A stretch of DNA of 64,000 bases from Octopus sinensis. Lineage: Eukaryota. The stretch spans positions 10,168,001 through 10,232,000 of the forward strand of contig NC_043002.1 in the NCBI RefSeq assembly GCF_006345805.1, in the 5' to 3' direction. Both the position numbers and the translations under genes were made by a program. Shown piece after piece: positions 1-16,059 of this stretch. The notes beneath the pieces were generated by a model, which did no database searches, was not told the origin of the DNA, and worked only from the letters and a program-made list of their open reading frames with translations. Position 1 is the first letter of the stretch. Each line of letters begins with the position of its first letter.

Positions 1-84
1 ATCGTATGATGCGGCTGAATAATGTATAAATTAATATAGGTATAAAGGCTTGTTCATCAGGTCATAATAAATAAATAAATGCAC

Positions 85-345
85 TCTTTTAAAGCCTAGC
101 TAGGCTCATGGGCCCGGTTTCCCGGTTTCTATGGCGTATGTGTTCCCTAGCTGGACGGGACGCCAGTCCATCGCAGCGTTACTCATTTTTGCCAGCTGAG
201 GGGACTGGAGCAACGGACTGAAGCTGAGTGGACTGAAGTGTTTTGCTCAAGAACAGAACGCGACGCCCGGTCCAGGTATCGAAACCACAATCTTATAATC
301 CTGATGCTGACACCCTAACAACTAAGCCACGCGGTGTCACTCATC
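85..345 (-). mobile_element. Third tRNA-derived SINE family (related pieces at 44750-45160 and 55710-55880)
   Basis: Minus strand has tRNA-like A box (gtggcttagttgttagg) and B box (ggtttcgatacc). Confidence 0.6.
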
Positions 346-587
346 AGGTCATAGAATATCATAATTATCTTTGTTTCATCGCTTCAGTACATATATATGT
401 ATAAAAAGTAGAAAAATCTACATTCAAACACTGATATGTGGAAGGCAATAAGCAGTAAAATAAAAGAAACGCTTCACAATAGAAGTGGAGAAGGAGATTT
501 AACAAGATATTGAAAATTAAACAGTGAATGTGCGCGGTGGAAGAATTGAAGATATATATATATATATATATATATGTGGTGTGTGTG

Positions 588-688
<101 letters not shown>

Positions 689-875
689 TAGGGAGCGTTT
701 ACGAAAAAAAAAAGACGAAGACAGGTGGCGTACAAAACAAACAGATGTATTAGTATAACGCTCAGGAATAGAAAAAGTATTTTACATTTCGAGCCTACGC
801 TCTTCTACAGAAAGGGACACGGAAAAAACAAGGAGAGAAAAAATGTGTGTAGTGGCTAACGATCTATCATAGCGC

Positions 876-929
<54 letters not shown>

Positions 930-2280
930 ATATATTATATATATATAGGGAACATTATATATTTATCATTGATAACCTAGAAGTAAAAACTAATCGAGAA
1001 GAGAAAATTCGGAACTATAGAAAGCTTTGTAAATATTTTCTTTATGAAACAAAGCGATTGATGTGAAAGGGACAAGAAAGATATTGCAAGTAGAAATAAA
1101 TAAATGTGAAAAATTAGGATGGAAAGAGAGAAGACTGGGCATGAGCAATATTAGTTCGTAATGAAGATGTAATCATTAAAATATATAAGTTAAAGGAGCA
1201 AAAGAAATATCTGTATGATTCCTCACCATTATGTTGCTTCTTGATAGCTGTTAGCATTTACCCACCTGATAAAAATATTGGACTGTTTATATAATCGACT
1301 TGACCACATGGAATACAACGACCATTTAAATTTCAATCAAATTTAGAGACTAACAATATCTATAAAAAATTTAATTGTGCATTTTATATATATGTAACTG
1401 TATTATACCAATGATCATACATTTCTCAATATTATCTTAACTAATGTATGGCAATAGTTTTTTTTATTAGTTTAAAATATTACAATACCTTTCATCTAAA
1501 ATACGAATATATATTTTATACACTCGTAATGTATTACTTATTACCAATTGGATTCACTGAATTCCAACTATACATCACACACGTCTGATTTCGTTTGGTT
1601 CACTATGTGGTTCGTTGACTGATACATGAAGTTGTTTTCTATGAGTATCACCGGATTTGTTTAATACATATATTCACCATTATTTATATAAGGATACATA
1701 TATATATAAGATATATATAATATATATATATAATATAATATAGGATAAAATGGCCAGCATATTAAAAAATACCTTTAAAGGTTAAATTTATAAACAACTT
1801 ATAAACAAGGGCAGAAGAAAAAATTCTAATGCCAAATATGCTGAAAATAGACAAATTGTCAATAACCCATAAATTTATTACTATAAGCACGCATGCTTAT
1901 TGTGATAGATTATATGGTTGTTGACGATTTGTCTATTTTAGGCATATTTGGCATTAGAAATTTTTTCTTTTAACCTTGTTTATAAGTTATATATATATAT
2001 ATATATATAATATATATATATATATATAATATTATATATATATAATATATATATATATTATATATATATATGAGTAGAAATATGTTACGAAAAGAAAATA
2101 TAAAATATAAGATATAAGATACACGTGGAAATGCAAGGGTAAAATATGAAAAACAACGAAAATGCGCATTGCAAATAGAAAAAGGCTGTTTATGACAGGT
2201 AACGACAAATATATACATTTAGATTGACTGAGGTAGTAACACGAGTAATAAAAGTCATTAATATGAGATGATTATAAGAT

Positions 2281-2349
<69 letters not shown>

Positions 2350-2354
<5 letters not shown>

Positions 2355-3090
2355 AATTGAAGAAATGGAGTTGAACGAAGATTGAACAGAAATCCTTTTA
2401 TTGCATTCTACACGTGTTTCGAAAGCCACAATTTACCAAATTCCGATTGAATAAGGAGACCATATTGTGTCTTTCTCTTCAGGAAGAAATAGGAATTCCG
2501 TTGGCAAAACAAAAACAGAGCAGAGGCGCAGCAAAACAAATCGAACGAGGAGGCTCCTAAGAGCCCATGGCCAAACTGTTTATCAATGTATGTTGAAATC
2601 GGGTGGTGGGTGCGTTGAAGATTTTTACAGGTCAGGCAGCGGTCAATCCGGTGGGTGAGAGCACGGGGTGCGTAGATGTTCTTTGTGACCGAGACTAAGG
2701 TTCTGACTATTTTAAGAATATTAGGTGTATTATATGGGGCGAGCCAAAATCTACTTAGAAACATGTGTGTGTGAACTGTTCTATATAGAACATATATATA
2801 TGCCAAATATGTCTCCTTATTCAATCGGAATTTGGTAAATTGTGGCTTTCGAAACACGTGTAGAATGCAATAAAAGGATTTCTGTTCAATCTTCGTTCAA
2901 CTCCATTTCTTCAATTCACTAATAATATTAAAATTCAATTATCCGCACCAACGCACGGTTGCAACACCATATGGTTGTACCTCCAACCGTGCTTTCTTCT
3001 GCTGTGATTTTTGCTACCAAGGTATCGGTTAAACTTTTGATTAATCTGCAACAAGATTATTCATCTTTCTATTTCACCAAATATATATAT
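2350..3090. mobile_element. Non-autonomous PLE relic with inverted termini
   Basis: Arms 2350-2463 and 2808-2921. The tail 2921-3090 is homologous to 34766-34905. The spacer encodes a CxxC-like remnant (DRCLTCKNL) on the minus strand. Confidence 0.65.
2405..2486 (-). ncRNA. Type I hammerhead ribozyme motif, same family as 34611-34692
   Basis: Minus strand reads cttc-CTGAAGA-gaaag...ctttc-GAAA-CACGTG-TA-gaat. Confidence 0.7.
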
Positions 3091-4513
3091 ATATATATAT
3101 ATAAGAGTAATGGAAAATGGAGGCAAACGCACAAGATAGTATTTAAATCATTTATTTATATCACCACATCACATACATTTGTCTCGAATGATCCATTAAA
3201 ATAAATTCGAGAGGAAGAAAAATGTGGAAACTTGTATCAATCTTACGATGGAGGAGATTATAAACAACAGTGCTCATTAATAAACCATTTTTACAGATGT
3301 AAGGAACGACCTTTACAGCAAGTGCAAGTAAGCCATTTTTACAGATGTAAGGAACTATATATATATGACATATAATATATAATATATATGGAAAACAAAG
3401 GATGAAAGGCAAAGTCGACCTCGGCGGAATTTGAACTCAGAACGTAACGGCAGACGAAATACGGCTACGCATTTCGCCCGGCGTGCTAACGTTTCTGCCA
3501 GTTCGCCGCCTTGTTTATTTACAATACCTTGTTACATTTATTAAGTAACAGAACGTGAAGGACCACGGCTTTTAGCAACAGTAAGATTTATATATTCATG
3601 TGACTCTCATTCGTGGTTTCACTCTTCACTCTTTATATTTCCCTCTTTCTCTTTTTCTCTCTCTCTCGCAGTCTTATTTCTATCTCTAGACGTTCTCCGT
3701 TCACCTTTTTTCCCATCTTCATTCCTCCCCTACTTTTCTTTCTGTCGCTTTCTCTCTCTCACTCTTGCCCTCTTTTTTCTCTGCCTGTGCTGACACGTGA
3801 CCCATGGCCTACCATTCCTTCTCTCCCTTTTTCAAACCAGTCGCGTTGTTGACCGCTACTGAATACTCTCCCTCCCACTGTCTCGCTATTTGTTGCTTTC
3901 TAATGCTTTAGGAAGCGTCATAACCCTACCCACTATTCTTCGCTTTTTGAGCGTAAGACTATATTTTGCTGGTTTCTTGTTTGTTTCCACTTTGCCCATA
4001 GTCTTCAACTACATTCACTCTCCTATGTCCACTCTGTATTGTTTTGTTTGCCTTCGGCCCTATATTCTCCGTTGCTTTCGCGGGCATTAGCAGCATGGGG
4101 AATTTCTCAATCTTATAGTTGAAGTTGCAAATACACAGTGAATACATCTGGCCTTAGACTTTATATCATCAGGGTGGAGAGATAAAAATCTAAATTTCCA
4201 TGTGAGGAGACAGGGAAACTTTTTGGATAGTATGGGTGAAGAGGAAGGCGAGTATTAGGGGGAGGATGATGTAGGTAGCGCGAGTGGGGTGAGGGGAAGT
4301 TGGAAGCAAGAATGTGCAGACAGAGATACCAGGGTTAGTACAGCAAAATGGAGCTGTGAGTAATCAAGATATTGGGAGAATTACAGTGGAAAATGAAGGG
4401 CTGAGATGGGAGGTATTTGAAGATCTGACGTTGTAGAGTTTGAGAACAGATGTTACCAGTCATACATACGCTCACACACACACGCGTGGGTGTGTACATA
4501 TATATATAATTAA

Positions 4514-4741
4514 AAGGCGGCGAACTGGCAGAAACGGTAGCACGCCGGGCGAAATGCGAAGCCGTATTTCGTCTGCCGTTACGTTCTGAGTTCAAATTCC
4601 GCCGAGGTCGACTTTGCCTTTCATCCTTTCGAATTCGATAAATTAAGTACCATTTACGCATTGGGGTCGATGTAATCGACTAAATCCCTTTGTCTGTCCT
4701 TGTTTGTCCCCTCTGTGTTTAGCCCCTTGTGGGTAGTAAGG

Positions 4742-4746
<5 letters not shown>
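4514..4746 (+). mobile_element. OK-like tRNA-derived SINE (other copies: 3397-3512 -, 10835-11040 +, 42670-42885 +, 44490-44722 -, 49900-50131 +)
   Basis: A box TGGCAGAAACGG, B box GTTCAAATTCC; near-identical copies across the window. Confidence 0.85.
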
Positions 4747-4781
<35 letters not shown>

Positions 4782-4790
4782 ACACACTAT

Positions 4791-4856
<66 letters not shown>

Positions 4857-6006
4857 CAGAATTGTTTATCCAGAATTTCACAGTTCCAATCTTCGTTTTC
4901 GAAAAAAAAATGAAACAAGAAGCATTTAATAAAACCCTCCAGAGAGGGAAATAAAAAGTAAGAACGTGAGTCGAGTATGCAAATAAATTTTTAAATATGT
5001 TGAATAGATTCACAAATGTCAAAGGAGCTACTTCAAAGACAAAATCAAGAAAACCAAACAAATAATTATCATAGTTTTGTTAGAAAAAGTTAAGTACCTT
5101 ATACTCTGGTATTATAAAATATTACTCCATTATTAAAGAAAGGGCAATGGGAAATGAAAGGAAGAGAAAAAATGAATAACAGGTTGTAAAATGAGAACTT
5201 GCTCACCAATAATTGAACTTCACAATTTTCAATTCCGAAAATTAGAATGAAGTATATAATATAAGTACGAAACAGTTTGAAAGAAAATAAAACATAAAGA
5301 AGATTGGAAATGAAAGCTATACAATGTGAGAATGTACAAGGCTTTTCATTGAACATTTTTCAATGACAGTCGCCATTTATCTCTGTATTTTCGAAATTTA
5401 TGGAGTAGCTATTGTGTTATATACATAAAGATTATAAGTCCCTTATGCAATCTGCTCATTTTTGTCGACAATAAAAGTTTACTCCTTAACATAAAGATGA
5501 CATATACGCTCATTTCTCTTGTTACTATATGGTAATAATGAATATACATAAGAAAGTTATGCACCAAGTTATATGTAACATGCTGTCGCAAGAAACTTTT
5601 CATCTCCAGATATAAGTGGAAAGACCAGTAGAATATTTACTGTTCGCCTTCAATAACTATTTTTGGTTTGAGTAAACTTATGACTTCAATTTATAAGCAA
5701 ATACTTCTATCTTCGCTCTTAGAGAACCACAACATAATGATACATTGGCACTGTGTAAAAATAAACAGGCAAAGCTGCCCTACTAAGTCATAAGCGTTTG
5801 TAAAGTTGTGTGTATATAAGGCCAGGATATTGTTTCATTTATTTGATGTTTGATTAAAAATGCATCTGATCATGCTTTTTATGTTTTCGTTATTCGAATA
5901 TGGTAAACTAATTACTTTTTGATTCCCCAAGTATGTTTCGACGATCGAGTAATACCTTTCTAGGTAACATTCACCTATATATAAAGATTTTTTTCTCTCT
6001 CTCTGC

Positions 6007-6039
<33 letters not shown>

Positions 6040-6067
6040 ATATATATATACACATAGTATATATATA

Positions 6068-6145
<78 letters not shown>

Positions 6146-6179
6146 ATTATAATAGGATTAGCTCGTATACGAGTAGGTA

Positions 6180-7337
6180 TATATTTGTAAAAAATGAAGT
6201 TCGAAAATGCTGCTATATTATACAAATTTTAATTTTTATATATATATTATAACATGTTTCAGTTCCTGAAATGAACCTTATCAAAAAAGTTATATATAAA
6301 AAAAGATAGTTCATACTATCAAATATAAGAAATTCATTTATATACACAATGGAGTCAGACATCATAAAGTTCATATATAGTTTGAAGTGAGTTCGTTCAT
6401 GCTATATGTTTAAAGTGTATGATGCAGTGGTTCGTGGTGGTGATATATAAAAAATAGATCAAAGTGGTGGAATGCAGTCAATATAAAAAATTGATGTTCC
6501 TGAAAGAGCGAGGAATTCATTTTTACCTTGAGCAACTGTGATGACTAATGGTGGGTGTTCGCTGGATGATTCTGGCGAATCTTGTGAATTGTTCGGGTTT
6601 TATAACACCTGTTAGATGGTCAGTCCAGCGTAGCGTGACGTCATCAACGTTTTGACCAATCGTTTCGTTAGGTGGCTTAGTGAAGCAGAACGGGACGTCA
6701 TCAACATTCTGACCAATCGTGATCTATCGCTGTATTATAACTGCCTCTTGTCTGTATCCTGTTTTGACCAATCGTTTCGTTAGGTGGCTTAGTCAAGCAG
6801 AACGGGACGTCATCAAAATTCTGACCAATCACGACTTATAGCTGTATTAGATCTGCCACTTGTCTGTATCTTGTTAGATGACTAGTCAAGCAGAAAAGGA
6901 CGTCATCAATATTCTGGACTGACCCGAACAATTCACAAGATTCGCCAGAATCATCCAGCGAACACCCACCATTAGTCATCACAGTTGCTCAAGGTAAAAA
7001 TGAATTCCTCGCTCTTTCAGGAACATCAATTTTTTATATTGACTGCATTCCACCACTTTGATCTATTTTTTATATATCACCACCACGAACCACTGCATCA
7101 TACACTTTAAACATATAGCATGAACGAACTCACTTCAAACTATATATGAACTTTATGATGTCTGACTCCATTGTGTATTATAAATGAATTTCTTATATTT
7201 GATAGTATGAACTATCTTTTTTTATATATAACTTTTTTTGATAAGGTTCATTTCAGGAACTGAAACATGTTATAATGTATATATAAAAATTAAAAATTGT
7301 ATAATATAGCAGCATTTTCGAACTTCATTTTTTACAA

Positions 7338-7341
<4 letters not shown>
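6180..7341. repeat. Fold-back element with ~420-bp arms (probably PLE-derived)
   Basis: 6180-6598 is the reverse complement of 6922-7341; the spacer holds ~115-bp tandem repeats. Confidence 0.85.
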
Positions 7342-7376
<35 letters not shown>

Positions 7377-7382
7377 CATATG

Positions 7383-7421
<39 letters not shown>

Positions 7422-7491
7422 ATATATATATATAATATATATATATATATAATAATATATATACATACAACATATATATATATATACATAC

Positions 7492-7563
<72 letters not shown>

Positions 7564-7587
7564 ATGTATGTATGTATGTATGTGTAC

Positions 7588-8230
7588 TGCGGCATCTTAA
7601 AGCATTATACAGGCAGGCTGTCCGAGATAATATGCAGCTTAATGTTGCAAAATTTCAAATGCACCACAGATTAGATATTCAGGACCTGAGAGCATCACAG
7701 ACAATTAGACATTTCCAAGATATCAACAGTGTAAAGACAGTTGGCAGGATGGATACTAAGGTCCATCAGGACGAGACACTAAGATAATCGTTGGCTCCAC
7801 GGAACACATTTGTTCTCAGACCCTTGCACTATTGCTCTTAGCTGTTATCACCGCATATTGTCAAAGTAACAAGGGAGCTTGAAGCAATCCAACGCTGCTA
7901 TAGTAAGCCGTTTGCATCTGTGCAACTGATGAAGTGCTGGTAGAGGCTGAAAGAGCGACGGTTTTACCTCTTGAAGGAAATTCTTATAGCGGTAGTAACT
8001 AACTACGGCTTAAAGAGTGGTAAAAATTCTCGTAGTGGATGCCATGGTGCTGTACCAAGGCATTGGTCACTCCATCTAAAGCAAGGTACAGTTACTGCAA
8101 CAGTTTGGGTTTCATCACCTCTAACATCATAGCAATAATAAATAAAATCATGTACTATTCTGCTGTAGGACCTAATAAATTCGTCGCTAGAGTCGTGAAG
8201 GCATGTAGACATCGAATTGCGACCCCTCAA
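7588..8230 (+). mobile_element. Decayed CR1-like LINE RT/3' fragment (paralogs 41166-41380 and 62330-62820)
   Basis: [21 protein letters not shown] and YCNSLGF motifs with many stops. Confidence 0.7.
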
Positions 8231-8559
8231 ACCAATCTCTAGAGAAATTATTTACACCCGGGCTATGTACCGAAATACTTCCTATCTTAAACTGTTATGC
8301 CGAATTTGAAAATGGGAAACAGGTCTCTTACAGATAGATATTGTCAAATCTCACTCATAAATGTTTTTGAAAGAGTAGTGAGATAAAGTCCAAGTCCAAT
8401 CATTCATCGAAAACATTTAGACAACCTACGTAGGAACGAATTATAAGAAGTTGTGTTTATCGGAATTTCTTGGATATATAACTTAACATAAATCTGTCTC
8501 AGTCAAAGAGTTACCCAGGCCATGTCTAATTTAACTGCACCACCTGATAGGAGCTATTA

Positions 8560-9350
8560 AGTCATTTTTAAGAGACATTTAGTGATACCATGGCCCATTC
8601 AAGAAAGGAGTAGTTGCCTGAGATGAGCCCATGTAAATGTAATTTATCTGCTATCCCTTGAAGAAATTTATCCAGGTTTTGTTTGAGGCGAATCGAATCC
8701 TTTTCTCTGATTTGATTTTGGATAAATTTAAATAGAGTAGGGCCTGTGGAACGAAATTAATCGTATTGTAGTGAATTTTTGTGTTATGTGTATTGGATGA
8801 ATTCTGAATCTGATGTTAAGTTCGTTTCGGTACCTCCGGCGTTATATACTTCGCATTGTGCAAATGATATAGAGCTCGCGGAAAAGATGGAAGGTATGGA
8901 TCTTCTGTAACCGTGATCAGTCGTGATTTTATGTATTCTTTTATGAACTCTCTCTTGAGATACTAAATTCTCGTGTGTGTTGACACATGGTGCGGCCATA
9001 CAAAGGAGAAGATTACATCTAGCTTTCTGAGCTGGGAAATCCAGAGGGAAGGATGCCATTGATGATTTTCTGTCGTTGAGAACCATCTGTATATATTCTT
9101 AATTTTCTGGGTTTCATGACGCTTGAGATGTCATCTATAAGAACATGTGGTCTGCTCACCAGGAAATAATCCAGTGCAGTAGTTTTCCAAGGGTTCCATT
9201 TCTAATATTTGAAAATTATGGAGCGAGGATTTTTTTGTCGACTCAGAAGCACTCTTTACTGAAGGTAAGATATATGACATCAGAATACGAATGTGATACC
9301 AAAGCTTCGAGGATATCATTGATGTGATGTACATGCTGGCTCTCCCGGAA
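8560..9350 (-). mobile_element. Decayed CR1-like LINE fragment (paralog ~63200-64000)
   Basis: Minus strand gives GFRES...SDVIYL...GKLLHWII (RT N-terminal motifs) and a LDKFL 3' motif. Confidence 0.6.
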
Positions 9351-11359
9351 GCCCTTTATCCCACTACTCTTTCAAAAACATTTATGAGTGAGATTTGACA
9401 ATATCTATCTGTAAGAGACCTGTTTCCCATTTTCAAATTCGGCATAACAGTTTAAGATAGGAAGTATTTCGGTACATAGCCCGGGTGTAAATAATTTCTC
9501 TAGAGATTGGTTAGAGGGGTCGCAATTCGATGTCTACATGCCTTCACGACACTAGCGACGAATCTATTAGGTCCTACAGCAGAATAGTACATGATTTTAT
9601 TTATTGTTGCTATGATGTTAGAGGCGATGAAAGTTCTGTCCAAGATAATATCCTTGAGTCAATATCCTTGAGATCGCTAAAGACAGAGTAGTAATGTTTG
9701 TGAAGATCTTCCACCATTTTTGGTTGAGAAATTTTCTGTGAAAGAATGTCTCCGTTCAATTCTCTCTGGTAGTGTTTAAATTAGGTAAAAAAAATAAGAT
9801 GATGAAGATTTAGTAATCTATGTTGGGGTTGTAAACAAAGGAGAAACATTTAAATTAAATGAATAAAGCCCTGACATGTTCATGGTCTAATTTTTGTTCG
9901 AAGGATAACTGCATGCAACGATGTAGATGTAGATTCTTACATATTAAGAAAATTTGAAGAGGACCAAAAATTAAATCTACAAGCGGTAGTAGAGGAATTC
10001 CATATTAGCATAAATTTAAGACATGACGCAGATAAGACTGAAGAAAAACATTGGTCTCATATATATGCGAACGGATGAGAGATCATCCCTACGATTGTTG
10101 GCATAGGAATAAAACATTTTCGGGAACTGTTTTTATTTTTGATTATTCAATTTTCGTCAGCAGCCCATTCTATTGTCTATGTAGGTTTTCATTCTGAACT
10201 GCAGATACTGTTTTTCCAACTCAAGCCTTTTATTGTTGAATGCGGTTGCTGTTGGCGGTTGTATTTTAATTGGTTGATTTCTATAATGTATTTTGATTCT
10301 CCAGATAAGCGTTTTACTCTCTTGGAAGCCTGTTTCTATCATTGTTTAAGATTTCATATAAATAATTGAGAAAAATCGCTATTCCTCTTATAGTTTACTC
10401 TGTGCGATCTCCAAGGGTAATGATTGTTTTTTACTTTCACTTTGGTATCAATGGAATGGTGTTTAATTGGGTTACCCTAGAGGATGAAGAATGGGATGTA
10501 GTAAGTTATTTCAGCAATCCAGCTCACTATGTATAGAATCTTGTTATTGTGAACATTGAATGGGTATGTATAATTATGTTCCAATAGATGGGAACCCTGA
10601 AGACTTCAGTGAATCATACATACATAACGCCATGTTCCATTTCCTAGAATTACAACCAATATTCATGGAAAATACCTCCCTACGATCTTAATTAAATAAT
10701 ACAATGCATTATATGTCCCCAGATGGAATTTGCTAATTGGGGCTTCGTCCCTATCGCCAAATGATTTTGTATTCTTTTGTCCAAATTTTCTTACATTTCC
10801 TGTGTTATTTGTCGCGTTATATATCGGTCATGAATTGCTGCGAGCTGGCAGAATCGTTAGCACGCCGGGCGAAATGCTTAGTGTTATTTCGTCTATCTTT
10901 ACGTTCTGAGTTCAAATTCCGGCGAGGTCGTATTTCATCATTTCGGAGTCGCTAAATTAAGTAACAGTTGCGTACTGGGGTCGATATAATTGACTGCGAC
11001 CCCAATACAAAGTTCCTAGCCTTGTGCTTAGAGCAGAAAAGTACATATCTGTCAAGAATTTTTGTTAAACGCTAATTGTAAAACTAACAATGAACGTGTC
11101 ATTGAAAACCTCGAACCAATTTCTATTATTGCTATAAATCAGAAATTCATGTAGAGAATGTATGTTTACGGTTTCCATATACCACATGCGGCGGCTAAAC
11201 TCATACTCTAAAGCAAGTTTTGCAACACAAGTTAATTTCAGTCTGTCAAAAGATTTTCAGCTCTCATTCAGAATTTGGAGGTAAGTTACATCATATTGTA
11301 AATGTTTGTTTTCCTGGGGATGAAAAAAGAAAGGATGCAGTGTGTCATCTCAACAATCA

Positions 11360-11720
11360 TCATCATCATCATTGTTCGACCGTGGTCGAGACAATGGAAT
11401 TTACCATGCTACGCCAGACTTCACGGTCCATCATAGCATTACGGAGGTCCTGTTGCTGGATGCCTGTATTCCTGGAGATTACATCAGGGTCGGAGAGTGT
11501 GCGCCCTCTGGTATTGCGAGTAGATGGCTTCCAGAGGAGAAGAGTAGAAATTACCTCTTTTTCAGCTCTACAACAATGTCCAGCAAACTGGACTCTCCTA
11601 CCTTTCACAAGAGATGACACAGGTGGTAGTTTCCCCATATATTTGCATTTTGGTTGGATGGCGCTTCCACGAGAGATTTTGTATTTGTACAAGCTGTATG
11701 AAAATTTGCTTCCCATGTAT
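11360..11720 (-). mobile_element. RTE-clade LINE 3' fragment
   Basis: RRVQFAGHCCRAE...MMDREVWRSMV C-terminus followed by a (TGA)n tail. Confidence 0.85.
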
Positions 11721-13254
11721 GAATCTTACATTTTAGCAATTGAATGGGGAGGTGAAATTATGTTTCCGTGGATAGGAAGCCCGAGTACTTTAGTGAATCA
11801 CTCATTCATAACGTCATGTTCCACCTGCTAGATTTACAACCAAGAATCATGTAAAATACCACCCTACTATCTTAAATAGATAATACTTCATATTATATGA
11901 TCCCAGATGGAATTTGCTATAGTTACAACAAATATTCACGGAAAAATATCTACCTAAAATCTTAAACATAATACATTGGATTATATGTTCCCATATGGAA
12001 TTTCCTAATTGGGCCATCGCTCTCATTACCAAATGATTTTGAATTCTTTTGTCCTAATTTTCTTACATTTCCTGTGTTATTTGTCGAGTTGTATGTCGCT
12101 CATAAATTAGTGCTGAACGCCAGTAGTAAAACTAACAATGAACATTGCATTGCAAACCTAAAACCTATTTGTATTTTAACTATAAATCAGAAATTCATGC
12201 AGCGAATGCATGTTTACGGTTTCCATACACCACATACGGCGGCTGCATGTTACATAAACTCAAACTCAGATAAAAGTTTGCAACACTTGTTAATTTCATT
12301 TTGTCAAAGTATTTTCAGATCTCATTCAGAAATTCGAGGTACGTTACATATCTAGCAGCAAATTGTGAATTGATTATTTTTCATTTTGTTTATAAAATGT
12401 GTCGTAAAGTACTATTATAATTAATCCCAACACATATGGCTCTAATATTAATTACCTTTCGTTTTGAATATAAACATCTTTTAATTGTTTTACAATTTCA
12501 TCACATCAATAATATCGAATCTATTTCGCCTGAAATTCCACTCGAAGTCAAATGTGGAATACGTTTTTCAAATAATTATTATCGTTGTTTAATTTAAATG
12601 AGGGATTAACAAAAAGGTCTATGATCAAAATATATTCTATTCCTGGACGACAGATCTACATTTTTTCAGTCATAATCTTTCCTTTATGATTTATGAATTA
12701 ACGTACGATATTGGGGAGGCTTGTTTGATATTTCTAGCATGTCCAGCAAAACGTGTAGGCTCTCTAATTTACATCCTGATACTGAAAATTCATGTCTTTG
12801 AAAATAGTTTTTTTCTGTTAGAATCATGCGCGACTCATGCATTTCTTTTCTAACCTTTCCTGCAAGAGATTGAACAAGGGATTCGCGTTTATTAATTTAT
12901 TTATTTATTGGTACTGAAATGGAACTGGGGGCTATTGAAAACCGACACGTGAGACAAAAGAGCTGTGCATGCAATCTGTCGAAATATGTGTGACTGGGAA
13001 ATTCTCTATCAGAATGATGCTGATTCGAATCATTATGTCGCTATTATATTTTGTTCTTATACGTTTAATTGAGATTTTCGAATCAATGTAGTTAATTACT
13101 AGCGCAAAAATATAGTAAACTAAAATTTGATTTATTTGATGAAATTTCAGAATTTTTTTCACACATCTACGACCTACTCTCTCACACCTAGTTTACTTTG
13201 CTTCGAATATAATACTTTTCATTTGAATTAATCCTTATGCATATGGACGTATAC

Positions 13255-15685
<2,431 letters not shown>

Positions 15686-15688
15686 GGG

Positions 15689-15737
<49 letters not shown>

Positions 15738-16059
15738 TGTGTGTGTGTTTGTTTGTGTGTGTGTGTTTGTTTGTTTGTGTGGGTGTACATATATATATAT
15801 ATATATATATAGATTGATAGATATGCGGTGGGCGAGTCGTAAGTTTGCGTTTATATCTGAGTTTGCACCCACAACACCAGCACCATTGGCAACTGGTGTT
15901 GCTTTGACCAAGACCACTCAACGTAGTGGTTCGGTCGAACGGATGGAAAGAATATACACCGGGCTTGAAAATAATACGTTTTGTCTTAGAAAATATCTCC
16001 TAACCACTCCAAGGCGGTGCTCCAGCGTCACCAACCTTCATGAAACAAGTAAGACGTAA

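Noticed and set aside
10400-10750. Paralog-conserved stretch with vague GPCR-like or Helitron-like peptides
   Set aside because: Stops in all frames in all copies; similarity is explained by the segmental duplication.
11220-11831. Longest non-microsatellite ORF (203 aa, +)
   Set aside because: It is the antisense reading of the RTE fragment plus flanks and is not conserved in paralogous units.
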